The notes: generated from the letters alone by a model not told the origin. A stretch of 64,000 bases of DNA from Candidatus Magasanikiibacteriota bacterium (GCA_963840935.1 CAWJAS010000001.1:384875-448874), one strand, 5' to 3'. Counted from the first letter of the stretch, positions 45,421-55,204 are shown. Numbers and translations: made by a program.

Positions 45421-47907
45421 ATGGATTTAATATATTTATTGATCGTAATTGCCGTAGTATTGGGTTTATTTATAGTACGCCTTGTTTATATTCACCAAAG
45501 AGATAATGAACTATTGTTAATTTTAAATGATTATAGAGACGATTTCGAACAAGCACTAAAGGAATTCGATGAATTATTATCGAATTCTTTTTATTTATCA
45601 GACATGCAATATCAATTATGGCGTGGCACGCACAATCATTTATACGAGTTAATTCCTACAAAATTTGAAAAAATAAAAAATAAGAATCCCCTGATTTTGA
45701 AAGTACGAACCTTTTTAGATTGTTATTTGCGAGGTCGAGAATTATTTATTGACCCGCATAATACTAATTTTGTTCAGAATGAAATCCCAATCATTAAGCA
45801 TGTATTGAATGAAAAGAAAATTCCTTGTAATAACGACCAATTAAACGCGATTGCATCTGATGAAAATAATACCTTGCTCGTTGCGGGTGCCGGTACCGGA
45901 AAAACCACAACGATAATTGGCAAACTGGCTTATTTAATTGAACGGCTGGATGTTCAGCCGAAAGATATTTTGCTATTATCCTTTACTGGTCGCGCCGTTA
46001 ATGAGTTATCAGAAAGAGTCATAAAAAAATTCGGTAATAAAAATTTGGAAGTCCGCACTTTCCATAGCTTCGGCTTGTCTGTAATAGGGCAGGTTCGCGG
46101 TAAAAAGCCTGAGATGGCTTTTGACGGCGACAGTTTAAAACGCAGAATTTTTTTGAATAACAAATTTAATAATTTATTATCGGACAAATCATACATATGG
46201 AATGTTTTGCAATATTTTGCTTATTATTTTAAACCGATTAATGCCGAGCCTGTATTTGAAAACCTTGATGAATATTATCAAAAGAATTTAGTAAAAGAAT
46301 ATATTTCTTTAAAAAATGAAAAAATGAAAAGCCAGCAGGAGGTGATGATTGCCAATTATTTGTTTATAAACGGCATTAATTATATATATGAAGCGCCGTA
46401 CAAGCATGAAACGGCGACAAAATTTTTTCGCCAATATAAGCCGGATTTTTATTTGCCTGATTTTGATATTTATCTAGAACATTTTGGCATCAATAAAAAT
46501 GGCATGGTTCATTTTACTCGCAACGAAGAACAGAATTATAAAGAATCTATTAAATATCGTGCTGATATGGAATGGAAACGCAACCTGCATAAGCAGTATC
46601 AAACTAAATTAATTGAAACCTATAGTTATGATTTTTTTGAAAATGATTGGGAAAAAATTTTAAAGGAGAAATTATTATCGGAAAAAGTTTTGATAAAAAG
46701 CATGAGTACAGAGGAAATAATTTCGATTATCAAAAAGGAAAATTATGATATTAAGAAAATAGCGGAATTGTTTGCGACATTTTTGGATTTAAGCAAATCA
46801 AGGTGTTACACGCCGGAAATATTGAGAGAAAAAATTATAGAAAGGCAGAGCCCGAGAGAGATGGCTTTTTTGAAAATCTTCGTACCTCTATATGAGGAGT
46901 ACGAAAATTATATTAAGGAATCCGGCACTGTTGATTTTCACGACATGCTTCTTGAAGCGGCGAATTATATTTCTGATGGTCGTTATCCGATTAATTTTAA
47001 GTATGTTATTATCGATGAATTTCAGGATTTTTCAGAGAGTAAATCAAAATTAATCAAGGCAATTTGCGCGCAAAATCCGTTTGTAAAATTATTTTGCGTG
47101 GGAGATGATTGGCAATCTATTTTCCGTTTCGCTGGTTCAGATGTTTCTTTAATGTCCGAATTTCAAGATAATTATGGATTTACAAGAAAAAATCAGCTTG
47201 CTGTCACAAATCGATTTAATAATCAATTGGCAATTATTTCTAATCAGTTTATTTTGAAAAACCCCAGTCAAATTCATAAAGAAGTTTGTTCCGGTACTAT
47301 TGTAAATTTTGATCCTATTAAAATAATACATGAAAAAAATTATAATGATACCATTTATTTTTTGCGTGAGATATTGAGTGATTTAAATAAACAAGCAAAG
47401 TGCGCGAATAAGAAAGTTTCTGTTTTACTTTTAGGGCGTTATAGACATAACGCACCTGAAAATTGGCAAAAATTCAATAACGAGTTTGGTAATTTATCAG
47501 TCGAATTTCTTACTATACACGCCGCTAAAGGTTCTGAGGCGGATTATGTTATAATACTTGATGTAAATTCCGGTAGGCTTGGTTTTCCCTCGGAGATATC
47601 CGATGACCCTATTTTGGATATTGTTTTAAGCAAGCGTGAAGGATATCCGAATGCTGAGGAAAGGCGCTTGATGTATGTTGCCATGACCCGAGCGAAGCAA
47701 AAGGTTTTTATTATGACAAAAGATGGCGCTGAATCAATATTTGTGATGGAATTGGAGCGGTCGAATAAGAAAAATAAGGAAAAAATAATTTGTCCGGAAT
47801 GCGGTGGTAATATGGTTCGTCGCAAAGGTCCTTATGGGGTATTCCTTAGTTGTAAGAATTTTCCAAAATGTAAATACAAAATAAATATTAGGCGCTATAA
47901 TGTATGA
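45421..47907 (+). CDS. UvrD/Rep-family SF1 helicase with N-terminal TM, inserted nuclease-like domain and C-terminal topoisomerase-type C4 zinc ribbon (helicase IV-like)
   Basis: LVAGAGTGKTTTIIGKLAYLI Walker A; VIIDEFQDF Walker B; HAAKGSEADYVII; LMYVAMTRAKQ; CPECGGNMVRRKG...CKNFPKCKY. Confidence 0.8.
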   Translation: MDLIYLLIVIAVVLGLFIVRLVYIHQRDNELLLILNDYRDDFEQALKEFDELLSNSFYLSDMQYQLWRGTHNHLYELIPTKFEKIKNKNPLILKVRTFLDCYLRGRELFIDPHNTNFVQNEIPIIKHVLNEKKIPCNNDQLNAIASDENNTLLVAGAGTGKTTTIIGKLAYLIERLDVQPKDILLLSFTGRAVNELSERVIKKFGNKNLEVRTFHSFGLSVIGQVRGKKPEMAFDGDSLKRRIFLNNKFNNLLSDKSYIWNVLQYFAYYFKPINAEPVFENLDEYYQKNLVKEYISLKNEKMKSQQEVMIANYLFINGINYIYEAPYKHETATKFFRQYKPDFYLPDFDIYLEHFGINKNGMVHFTRNEEQNYKESIKYRADMEWKRNLHKQYQTKLIETYSYDFFENDWEKILKEKLLSEKVLIKSMSTEEIISIIKKENYDIKKIAELFATFLDLSKSRCYTPEILREKIIERQSPREMAFLKIFVPLYEEYENYIKESGTVDFHDMLLEAANYISDGRYPINFKYVIIDEFQDFSESKSKLIKAICAQNPFVKLFCVGDDWQSIFRFAGSDVSLMSEFQDNYGFTRKNQLAVTNRFNNQLAIISNQFILKNPSQIHKEVCSGTIVNFDPIKIIHEKNYNDTIYFLREILSDLNKQAKCANKKVSVLLLGRYRHNAPENWQKFNNEFGNLSVEFLTIHAAKGSEADYVIILDVNSGRLGFPSEISDDPILDIVLSKREGYPNAEERRLMYVAMTRAKQKVFIMTKDGAESIFVMELERSNKKNKEKIICPECGGNMVRRKGPYGVFLSCKNFPKCKYKINIRRYNV

Positions 47908-48299
47908 TTAAAATCCCACCATCCGAACTCCGCGTCACATTTGCTCGGTCATCGGGTGCGGGCGGGCAGAATGTGAATAAGACATCGACCAAAGCGACTG
48001 TGCATTGGCCGGTGGGGCGTTCGCGGGTTTTGTCTGACGATGAAAAAGCGAGGGTGCGGGTGAAATTGACGAGCCGGATTAATTCAAACGACGAGGTGGT
48101 GGTAATGTCGGAAGAAGAGAGAACGCAACCGCAAAATCGCGCCTTGGCCGTTGCTCGGTTGCAGGCGCTCGTTGTCCGCGCTTTGCATGTGCCAAAAAAG
48201 CGCAAAGCGACCCGACCGACCTTGGCTTCCAAATTACGCCGATTGGAATCCAAAACACGTCGGTCGCGGGTGAAGGCAGGAAGACGTCAAACCGAATAA
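47904..48299 (+). CDS. arfB: Alternative ribosome-rescue factor ArfB (peptidyl-tRNA hydrolase, YaeJ family)
   Basis: GAGGQNVNKTSTKA GGQ motif; basic C-terminal tail; ~131 aa; ATG overlaps helicase stop (ATGTATGA). Confidence 0.85.
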   Translation: MIKIPPSELRVTFARSSGAGGQNVNKTSTKATVHWPVGRSRVLSDDEKARVRVKLTSRINSNDEVVVMSEEERTQPQNRALAVARLQALVVRALHVPKKRKATRPTLASKLRRLESKTRRSRVKAGRRQTE

Positions 48300-48316
48300 T
48301 TTTTTAATTTAGGAAT

Positions 48317-48409
48317 ATGATTATTATAATTGGCGTGGTGTTGCTCATTGTAGTCGTCATTATTTTGGCCATTGTTCATGAGCACGACCAGAATCCAACA
48401 CAAAAATAA
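48317..48409 (+). CDS. Possible 30-aa hydrophobic micro-protein (single TM)
   Basis: MIIIIGVVLLIVVVIILAIVHEHDQNPTQK with AGGAAT 6 nt upstream; below ORF-track cutoff; speculative. Confidence 0.2.
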   Translation: MIIIIGVVLLIVVVIILAIVHEHDQNPTQK

Positions 48410-48412
48410 ATT

Positions 48413-48658
48413 ATGTATTATTTGTATATTGTTGAATGCGCCGATAAAACGTTATATACTGGAGTTACGGTTGATGTGGAAAGGCGCGTGCGCGAACATA
48501 ATAATTTGAAGCTTGGCGCAAAATACACACGCGCTCGACGGCCGGTGAAATTGGTTTACGTGAAAAAGTTTCGTAATCGCTCGCTTGCTTCCAAAGCCGA
48601 GTGCAAAATAAAAAATTTATCGCGCGAAGAGAAGTTGAAGATGATTAAAAATATTTAA
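48413..48658 (+). CDS. Mini GIY-YIG nuclease, UPF0213/YhbQ-like (copy 2 of 3; free-standing)
   Basis: YYLYIVECADKTLYTGVTVDVERRVREHN is the GIY...YTG...R...EH core; 81 aa. Confidence 0.8.
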   Translation: MYYLYIVECADKTLYTGVTVDVERRVREHNNLKLGAKYTRARRPVKLVYVKKFRNRSLASKAECKIKNLSREEKLKMIKNI

Positions 48659-48674
48659 TTTAATTTATTTATCT

Positions 48675-49205
48675 ATGACCAAAAAAATCATATTCGCCCT
48701 TGTTGGCGTGGTGGTAGTGGCGGTCGTGTCATTTTTTTTGATGCGATTTGATAAAGCCAAGGAGCCGGCCGATGAACAGGCAGTGCAAACCACCGAAGAG
48801 AATGGCGCGACTCCGGAGGTTGCGGACGAGGAACAAACTTCGCCGGTTGGTTTGGCTAATCCGGCGAGTGTGAACTGCGCAGAAAAAGGCGGGAATTTAT
48901 CTATACAAAAAAGACCCGACGGTGGAGAATATGGAGTATGTTATTTTGAAGACAACCGACAGTGCGAAGAATGGGCGTTATTCCGTGGCGAATGTCCGGT
49001 GGGCGGAGTAAAAGTCACCGGATACGAAGATGAAGCTCAGGTATATTGCGCCATTACCGGCGGAGAGGTGCAAGGTGTTGGCACGGAAATACCGATGTGC
49101 AAACGCATAGATGGCACCCTTTGCAACGCGCAAGCGAATTTTGAAGGGGCTTGTCCCGATCCGCACGACCCGAATCCGAGCGCCGGGAATGTTGAAGCGC
49201 CGTAA
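48675..49205 (+). CDS. Membrane-anchored protein with two DUF333 (putative hemolysin-like Cys-containing) domains
   Basis: N-terminal TM; duplicated NCAEKGG...GVCYFEDNRQCEEWALFRGEC and YCAITGGEVQG...CKRIDGTLCNAQANFEGAC. Confidence 0.65.
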   Translation: MTKKIIFALVGVVVVAVVSFFLMRFDKAKEPADEQAVQTTEENGATPEVADEEQTSPVGLANPASVNCAEKGGNLSIQKRPDGGEYGVCYFEDNRQCEEWALFRGECPVGGVKVTGYEDEAQVYCAITGGEVQGVGTEIPMCKRIDGTLCNAQANFEGACPDPHDPNPSAGNVEAP

Positions 49206-49215
49206 AATTTTGGTT

Positions 49216-49698
49216 ATGCGACAATTGTTCGACATTTCCAAATCCGAACAAAAAATTTTCAAAAACCTGCGGACACCCATCAAAATCCAGGATTTTTTGG
49301 ACACAATTCCGATGAACCACGAGAAAAACGGTGAAACATATATGTCGCCCCGATTCTCACTCAAAGCGCGCAAAATGCATTGTTTGGAGGGTGCGCTTGT
49401 GGCAGCCGTGGCTCTTTGGTATCATGGCAAAAAACCGTTACTTCTTGACCTCAAAACAAAGGGCGACGATGATCATGTGGTTGTGCTTTTTCGGCAAAAC
49501 GGATATTGGGGGGCTATTAGCAAAACCAACCACGCGGTTCTGCGTTTCCGCGACCCGGTGCACAAAACAATTCGCGAGTTGGTCTTGTCGTATTTTCATG
49601 AATATTTCAAGAACAGCGATGGTAAAAAAGTGCTCGTTAGTTATTCGGCAAAGCCGTTTGATTTGCGTCAGATTCAAAACCGATTGGGTAACATCTGA
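49216..49698 (+). CDS. Hypothetical protein (160 aa)
   Basis: Start moved to ATG 49216 (the track ORF's earlier part overlaps the previous gene); no recognisable motifs. Confidence 0.45.
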   Translation: MRQLFDISKSEQKIFKNLRTPIKIQDFLDTIPMNHEKNGETYMSPRFSLKARKMHCLEGALVAAVALWYHGKKPLLLDLKTKGDDDHVVVLFRQNGYWGAISKTNHAVLRFRDPVHKTIRELVLSYFHEYFKNSDGKKVLVSYSAKPFDLRQIQNRLGNI

Positions 49699-49857
49699 TA
49701 AAAATTTGCACTATATTGCCGAAGCGATTGACAGGGCTCTGCACAAGCGGATTTATCCCAAAAAGAATCAAAAATATTTGCGTCTGGCCGACAAAATGGA
49801 ACGCCGAGCCGGCCGGATTATTGAGTGGAATAAATCCGATAAAAGAACATAATTAAT

Positions 49858-50544
49858 ATGCCAAAAAAGTTCGCCATATTTGATGTTGACGGAACGATAT
49901 TTCGTTCCAGTTTGTTGATTGAAATTACCGAAGCCATGGTGCAAGATGGATTGTTTCCGATTGAGGCGCGCTGTGCTTACGAAAAGGCCTACAAAAAATG
50001 GTCGGACCGACAGGGGGGCTATGAAAAATATTTGTTTGCGGTGGTTCGTTCGTTTGAAAAGCACATCAAAGGAATTAAGCATGATGATTTTATTAAAATT
50101 GTGGAAAGTGTCGCCAAGTTCCATAAAAATCGCGTGTATCGTCACACCAGAGGCTTGGTCAAAAAATTAAAAAAGCAAAAATATTTTCTTTTAGCCATTT
50201 CCGGTTCGCCGTTTGAATTGGTTAATCGATTTTGCGTCGGTTGGGGTTTTGATAAAGTTTATGGCCGTGTTTTTGAAATGGATAAAAATAAAAAATACAC
50301 CGGTCGTGTTTTGCGAGAAGAGCTTATTGGCGACAAAGAAAAAATTTTGAAGCGAGCGATAAAAAAAGAGAATTTGACTCTTGCCGGTTCAATCGGAGTG
50401 GGCGACTCGGAAGTGGACATCGCTTTTTTGAAAATGGTTGAAAATCCGATTTGCTTTAATCCCAACAAAAAATTATATATTTATGCTCGCCGAGCCGGTT
50501 GGGATATCGCGGTTGAAAGAAAAGATGTGGTGTATAAAATTTAA
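49858..50544 (+). CDS. HAD-superfamily hydrolase, subfamily IB (phosphoserine phosphatase-like)
   Basis: FAIFDVDGTI (motif I DxDGT), ISGS (motif II), GVGDSEVD (motif IV). Confidence 0.8.
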   Translation: MPKKFAIFDVDGTIFRSSLLIEITEAMVQDGLFPIEARCAYEKAYKKWSDRQGGYEKYLFAVVRSFEKHIKGIKHDDFIKIVESVAKFHKNRVYRHTRGLVKKLKKQKYFLLAISGSPFELVNRFCVGWGFDKVYGRVFEMDKNKKYTGRVLREELIGDKEKILKRAIKKENLTLAGSIGVGDSEVDIAFLKMVENPICFNPNKKLYIYARRAGWDIAVERKDVVYKI

Positions 50545-50609
50545 AAAAAATGTGGTATAATAAACAAGTTGGAAAAACAATAATTTTTAATAACTTCTAA
50601 TTTTTTTAT

Positions 50610-51146
50610 ATGGAGAAAAAGGAGGCAAAAAAAAGCGCGCCCTCGAGCGCGTCAAAATGTTGCGTGGCGGAGACGTCAATCGGGCATTTTGTGATCAAAA
50701 TGTTTTTGGCATTGGTGATGATTGGACTTGGTTTGGTTGTTGCTATCGTTGTGGTGATGAGTATGGGCAAGGGGTGGAAGCCCGCTTGCAAGAATTATGC
50801 CTATTTGAAAGCCGGTGGCGCGTCGCCAGTGAGCATGACGGGCGAGAGATTTGAAGGCAAAATAATGATGCAGGACGGTTCGGGTATGATGTATAATTTA
50901 GCAAAAGAAGATTCGGAATTACCGGTGAGAATATTCGGCAGTATATTAAATATTGAATCAAACCGAATTACCATTTTGAATAATGCGTCTGAAGCGCAAG
51001 TTGTTTTGTCGGAAGCCGGCACGATAATTGTTACTTCTTCAACCGAAGTCGGTTTGTCCGCTTTGGCTCCTGGTCAAAATATTATCGTTTTTGGGTCAAA
51101 GAACGATGAAGAAGTGTTGGTAGCAAAAATGATAAATATTCAATAA
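50610..51146 (+). CDS. Membrane-anchored hypothetical protein
   Basis: ORF plus one TM helix (VIKMFLALVMIGLGLVVAIVVVM). Confidence 0.45.
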   Translation: MEKKEAKKSAPSSASKCCVAETSIGHFVIKMFLALVMIGLGLVVAIVVVMSMGKGWKPACKNYAYLKAGGASPVSMTGERFEGKIMMQDGSGMMYNLAKEDSELPVRIFGSILNIESNRITILNNASEAQVVLSEAGTIIVTSSTEVGLSALAPGQNIIVFGSKNDEEVLVAKMINIQ

Positions 51147-51160
51147 GTAAATAGAAAATA

Positions 51161-51193
51161 AATCCCGTCATTGAAAAGTGGCGGGATTTTTGT
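51161..51193 (+). terminator. Rho-independent terminator
   Basis: ATCCCGTCA...TGGCGGGAT hairpin followed by TTTTTG. Confidence 0.5.
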
Positions 51194-51232
51194 TATGCTT
51201 AAATAAAGTTTATTCAATATATAATATTTTAT

Positions 51233-51763
51233 ATGAAAAAAATACTGGTTTTTTTGCCGGTTTTTATTATATTTGTGGGAGCGGGTTGCAGGACCGAACC
51301 GGTTGTGAAAGAGCCGGCTCAGGAAAGTAAAGTCGTTTGTTCGGAGTTTACGGTTGAGGCCTGCCCCGACAATTGCGTTGTTTGCCCGCCTTGTGATTAT
51401 TGCAGTTCGATTAGTTGCCAAACAGAAGAATTCTGCGCGAATATGGGTTTTGACAAAGATTGGTATGATGAAAATGTGTTTAAACCGGGTGATGGAGACG
51501 ATGAGCCGGTTGCTTCGGACGATTGCGGAATCGAAAATTGCCACGGTATGGATATTGTTTGTGGGCCGAATCCGGCCGAGGTTTGCACCGAGATATATAT
51601 GCTTGGCGATAAATGTCGACAGTTCGCCTCTTGCGGTATGGTTCAGGGTGAGTGCGAGCTGATTTTGAGCGATGAATTTGTCGCCTGCAAGGCGTGTGTA
51701 GAAAATTGCGCTTCCGAGTATGGCGATGCAATAGAAATGTTTAATTGCGAAAGCAATTGTTAA
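51233..51763 (+). CDS. Secreted Cys-rich lipoprotein (about 20 Cys)
   Basis: Signal peptide with lipobox FVGAGC; many CxxC/CxC pairs. Confidence 0.5.
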   Translation: MKKILVFLPVFIIFVGAGCRTEPVVKEPAQESKVVCSEFTVEACPDNCVVCPPCDYCSSISCQTEEFCANMGFDKDWYDENVFKPGDGDDEPVASDDCGIENCHGMDIVCGPNPAEVCTEIYMLGDKCRQFASCGMVQGECELILSDEFVACKACVENCASEYGDAIEMFNCESNC

Positions 51764-51788
51764 TTAGATAATTAATTTTTTTATATAT

Positions 51789-52010
51789 ATGTGTTTTAGA
51801 AAAAAAATCACACCGCTCTATTTTATTAAAAATATTGGCACAGTTATTGGGCTAGTGTTAATTTGGCGCGGTATTTGGTATGTATTTGATGCTTTTGATT
51901 ATTTTGTGATGAATGGCGAGCATATTTACAGCGCGGTGGGTGGAATTATAATCGGCCTTGCCATATTGTATTTTCCGGACAAAGATTTAAAGGAAATTGA
52001 AAAATTATGA
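51789..52010 (+). CDS. Small membrane protein (two TM)
   Basis: ORF plus hydrophobicity; overlaps the next gene by 4 nt (ATGA). Confidence 0.35.
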   Translation: MCFRKKITPLYFIKNIGTVIGLVLIWRGIWYVFDAFDYFVMNGEHIYSAVGGIIIGLAILYFPDKDLKEIEKL

Positions 52011-52336
52011 GGGTTTGGGATATTGCCCCAAAACATTTGTGTCGAGAGCACCTGCTCGGCGAGCATCGTGAGGTGCACGCCATTTGGACGGTTTTAATTG
52101 AAAATAAAAAGGGGTACAGTCAGCATCCGGAAACTCTGCGCTGGCGTGGAAAATTAAAAGCGTTATTTTTGCGTCATGAGAAATTGGTTAAAGAAATGGC
52201 GCGTCGAGGGTATAGCCACAATTCACCGCTTGATAAAAAATTTGCCAAAGGCAAAGCGGTTCAGGTAAAATACTTGCATACGCCCCGGCAACAAAAAGAA
52301 ATTTTGCGCAAAAAGCCGTGTGGGTGTTTTGTTTGA
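52007..52336 (+). CDS. Pyrimidine-dimer DNA glycosylase (T4 endonuclease V / DenV-like)
   Basis: MRVWDIAPKHLCREHLLGEHREVHAIWTVL..HPETLRWRGKL..LFLRHEKLVKEMARRGYSHNSPL matches the Pyr_excise family signature. Confidence 0.75.
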   Translation: MRVWDIAPKHLCREHLLGEHREVHAIWTVLIENKKGYSQHPETLRWRGKLKALFLRHEKLVKEMARRGYSHNSPLDKKFAKGKAVQVKYLHTPRQQKEILRKKPCGCFV

Positions 52337-52380
52337 TAATATTAATTTGGATTTTTTAATATTAATTTAACTCGGTAAAT

Positions 52381-52956
52381 ATGCTCAAAAAATATATTTT
52401 TGGAGCGATGGCTCTCACAATGGCCATAACACTTGCCGGTTGTGGTGGTCCGCCGTCCGGTGGTCCGGGTCCTGAACCGGGCAAAGAAACCGCGGAGAAA
52501 AGTAAAGGGCTTTCGGCCATGGAAGATGTTTGTAAATATTTTCCAAAAGAAATTGTTGAAGAGGCGATTGGCAAGCCGATCGTTAGAGCGGCAGACGATA
52601 GTATGGTGAGCGACGCTATTTGCAGTTATTATACAGAATACAGCGAAGATTTTGACCATACACCGTATGGCGATAAACCGGGTGGCCCGCATATTATTGT
52701 GGTGCTTAACGATGAAAACGAAGCGGATGAAAGAATGGAGTATGAAAAAAAAGGTTATAAATTTGAAAAAGATGAAAGTTATTCGTGGGAGCATTATCTG
52801 GTTACCTCGAGAGGCAGTAAAACGCCTTTCCGAGTTGATTTGTTGATTGACGAAAATCATTATTATATGATTAAGTCCAATCATTTTGGAGCGACTGATG
52901 AAGAAATAGTGAAAATTGGCAAGAGGTTATCGGAGAGAATGAAAAACGGAAAATAA
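52381..52956 (+). CDS. Lipoprotein, unknown function
   Basis: Lipobox ITLAGCGG; ORF only. Confidence 0.5.
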   Translation: MLKKYIFGAMALTMAITLAGCGGPPSGGPGPEPGKETAEKSKGLSAMEDVCKYFPKEIVEEAIGKPIVRAADDSMVSDAICSYYTEYSEDFDHTPYGDKPGGPHIIVVLNDENEADERMEYEKKGYKFEKDESYSWEHYLVTSRGSKTPFRVDLLIDENHYYMIKSNHFGATDEEIVKIGKRLSERMKNGK

Positions 52957-52969
52957 TCATAATAAAATC

Positions 52970-53881
52970 ATGTCGATAGACAAAATTACGAGTAAAAAAT
53001 GTAGTTGGATTCATATTAGCGAGGTGGATGAAAAAACCGCAGATTTTTTGAAAGAGAATTACAAATTCCACACTCTTGATATTGAAGATGTAATGTCGGA
53101 ATGGCAAAGACCGAAGGTAGAAATTTATAAATACTATTTATTCTTGATTGCTGTTTTACCTTACTATGATACTGAAAGAAGAAAAATTCGTGGACGTGAG
53201 GTTGATATATTTTTGACTAAAGATTGCTTAATAACTATTTGTAAAAACCCTAACCCATATCTGGATCATATTTTTGAAAGAGTTACACAGAGCGCGAAAA
53301 TAAAAAAAATGTGGTTTGGCAAGGGGTCGAGCTATTTGCTTTATGTTCTTCTGGAAAAACTTTTTCGAGAAGCAAATTCATGTTTGAAGATAATCGCTAA
53401 AGATTTATCCGAAGCCGAAGATGATGTTTATGAAAATGAATTACGAAGTGTGGCGCGAGAATTGGCCTTGACTCGTCGTTCTGTTTTGACCACCAGGCGC
53501 ATTTTGGAACCACAGCGTTTTACAATGAATATTATGGCGAGCGTTGATCGAGAATTTTTGCCAAAAGAATTAAATAATTATTTTGATAATGTGCGCGATG
53601 AAATTGAAAAAATGTGGTCGGAAGCCAACGGTTATAGGGATGTAATTGAAGGATTGCACCGTGTAAACGCCACCCTTGTTTCGGAACGAACTAATCGGGT
53701 TATCACTATTTTAACCGTTATTTCAGCTTTTCTTTTGCCAATGACTTTGCTCTCTGGAATTTATGGAATGAATTTGATAAGATTACCTTGGCAAAATGAA
53801 CCGCAAATTGTATTGGGTTTGTTTATTACGGTTTCTGTTTTTACAGCGGGAATTATCGCTTATATTTTTAGAAAAAAATAA
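52970..53881 (+). CDS. corA: CorA-family Mg2+/Co2+ transporter
   Basis: YGMN signature (SGIYGMNLI) before two C-terminal TM helices. Confidence 0.85.
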   Translation: MSIDKITSKKCSWIHISEVDEKTADFLKENYKFHTLDIEDVMSEWQRPKVEIYKYYLFLIAVLPYYDTERRKIRGREVDIFLTKDCLITICKNPNPYLDHIFERVTQSAKIKKMWFGKGSSYLLYVLLEKLFREANSCLKIIAKDLSEAEDDVYENELRSVARELALTRRSVLTTRRILEPQRFTMNIMASVDREFLPKELNNYFDNVRDEIEKMWSEANGYRDVIEGLHRVNATLVSERTNRVITILTVISAFLLPMTLLSGIYGMNLIRLPWQNEPQIVLGLFITVSVFTAGIIAYIFRKK

Positions 53882-53900
53882 TTTATTTATTTATACACAT

Positions 53901-54587
53901 ATGACCAAAAAAATCATGGTGTTCGCGCTTGCCTTTGGTTTGATTTTTTTTGCCGTTGGTTGCGGTAAAAAGGAAGCCAAGACAGGAGAAGAAAATTTAA
54001 AAGGCACGGCCGAATCTTCGGTTGAAGAATTCCAATCAACGATTGAGGATATGGCAAAATCCGGTAAGCCATACAAATGCAATTACTCAATGAAAATTGA
54101 GAATATTAGCCAAGAAGGAGTTTTGTATTTTGGTGGTAAAGATATGATGCGTGGCGATATCGCGATTGATATGCCGGAAATTGGCAAAAATAACACACAT
54201 TTCATTAAAACCGGCGAGACTCAATATGTGTGGACTGACGAACAGCCGAACAGCGGTATTAAAATGACTATTACCGAGGAAGAGATGGAAGAAATGCAGG
54301 CTGAAGCCGATGAATATCAACAGCAAGGTGTTGATATGGACACAATCATGGATTTAAAATGTGTTAAGTGGTCGCCGGACGCCAATATGTTCAAACCGCC
54401 GAGCAATGTTCAATTTCAGGATTTGTCGGCCATGATGGAAGGTATGGGGGCTTCAATGGGTTCGGGCGGGTCAGGTTACCAGGGTGGTTCGGCGCCTTCG
54501 GCCGATGAAATTGATATGTGCTATATTTGCGCGCAAATTCCGGCCGGTTCAGCCAGAGATGCTTGCATGAAAGAAAATTGCAATTAA
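53901..54587 (+). CDS. Lipoprotein, unknown function (Met/Gly-rich C-terminus)
   Basis: Start moved to ATG 53901 giving MTKKIMVFALAFGLIFFAVGCGKK (lipobox); the track ORF begins inside corA. Confidence 0.5.
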   Translation: MTKKIMVFALAFGLIFFAVGCGKKEAKTGEENLKGTAESSVEEFQSTIEDMAKSGKPYKCNYSMKIENISQEGVLYFGGKDMMRGDIAIDMPEIGKNNTHFIKTGETQYVWTDEQPNSGIKMTITEEEMEEMQAEADEYQQQGVDMDTIMDLKCVKWSPDANMFKPPSNVQFQDLSAMMEGMGASMGSGGSGYQGGSAPSADEIDMCYICAQIPAGSARDACMKENCN

Positions 54588-54588
54588 T

Positions 54589-55185
54589 ATGAATAAAAAG
54601 TTTTTATTCGGGCTTGCGGTGGCGCTCGTTATTTTGGGAGCCGGCATCACAATTGGCTGGCTCGTGGGGCGTGATTCAAAAAATGCGCGTCAAGTTTCCG
54701 GTCAGACCATTATCTCGGCTTTTCAGGAGAAAGGATTTTTGGTGACAGAAACCGCCGTGTCGATGGTGTCCGCCACAATCAGCACAGATAACAGCAGTAT
54801 TTGGCGAAAGTTATTGTGGGGGCAAGAGATAAAAGCATCGGGAGTAGTTGAAGTGAATGTTGGCGTGGATTTGACCAAGACTTCGGCTGATGATATTCAA
54901 GTTTCCGGCAAAAAAATATCAGTCGCCATTGCTTCTTCGGAAATATTCAATTCACGGTTGGTTGGAGACATTAATGTTGAGAACAAACAGGGGATATTCA
55001 AGCGAATTTTGGAAAACGACGATGGTTACAACCAAGCAATGACAGAATTGGTTAAACAAGCTGATGAGGCGGCGATATCGGCTCAAACGATTGAAATGGC
55101 AAATGGCAAAGCCATTGAAGAAATAAAGCGCTTGGTTGAGTATATGGCGCCGGATAAAGAAGTAATCGTAACTATTAAAGAGTAA
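54589..55185 (+). CDS. N-terminally membrane-anchored hypothetical protein
   Basis: ORF plus TM helix. Confidence 0.45.
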   Translation: MNKKFLFGLAVALVILGAGITIGWLVGRDSKNARQVSGQTIISAFQEKGFLVTETAVSMVSATISTDNSSIWRKLLWGQEIKASGVVEVNVGVDLTKTSADDIQVSGKKISVAIASSEIFNSRLVGDINVENKQGIFKRILENDDGYNQAMTELVKQADEAAISAQTIEMANGKAIEEIKRLVEYMAPDKEVIVTIKE

Positions 55186-55204
55186 AGAAGATTATAATTA
55201 TAAA

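Noticed and set aside
49331-49852. 173-aa ORF
   Set aside because: Overlaps the better-supported 49216-49698 gene out of frame. The overlapping part is Cys/Arg/Trp-rich, typical of an off-frame read. Only its last ~50 codons (49700-49852) fall in otherwise unassigned sequence and might hide a small gene.
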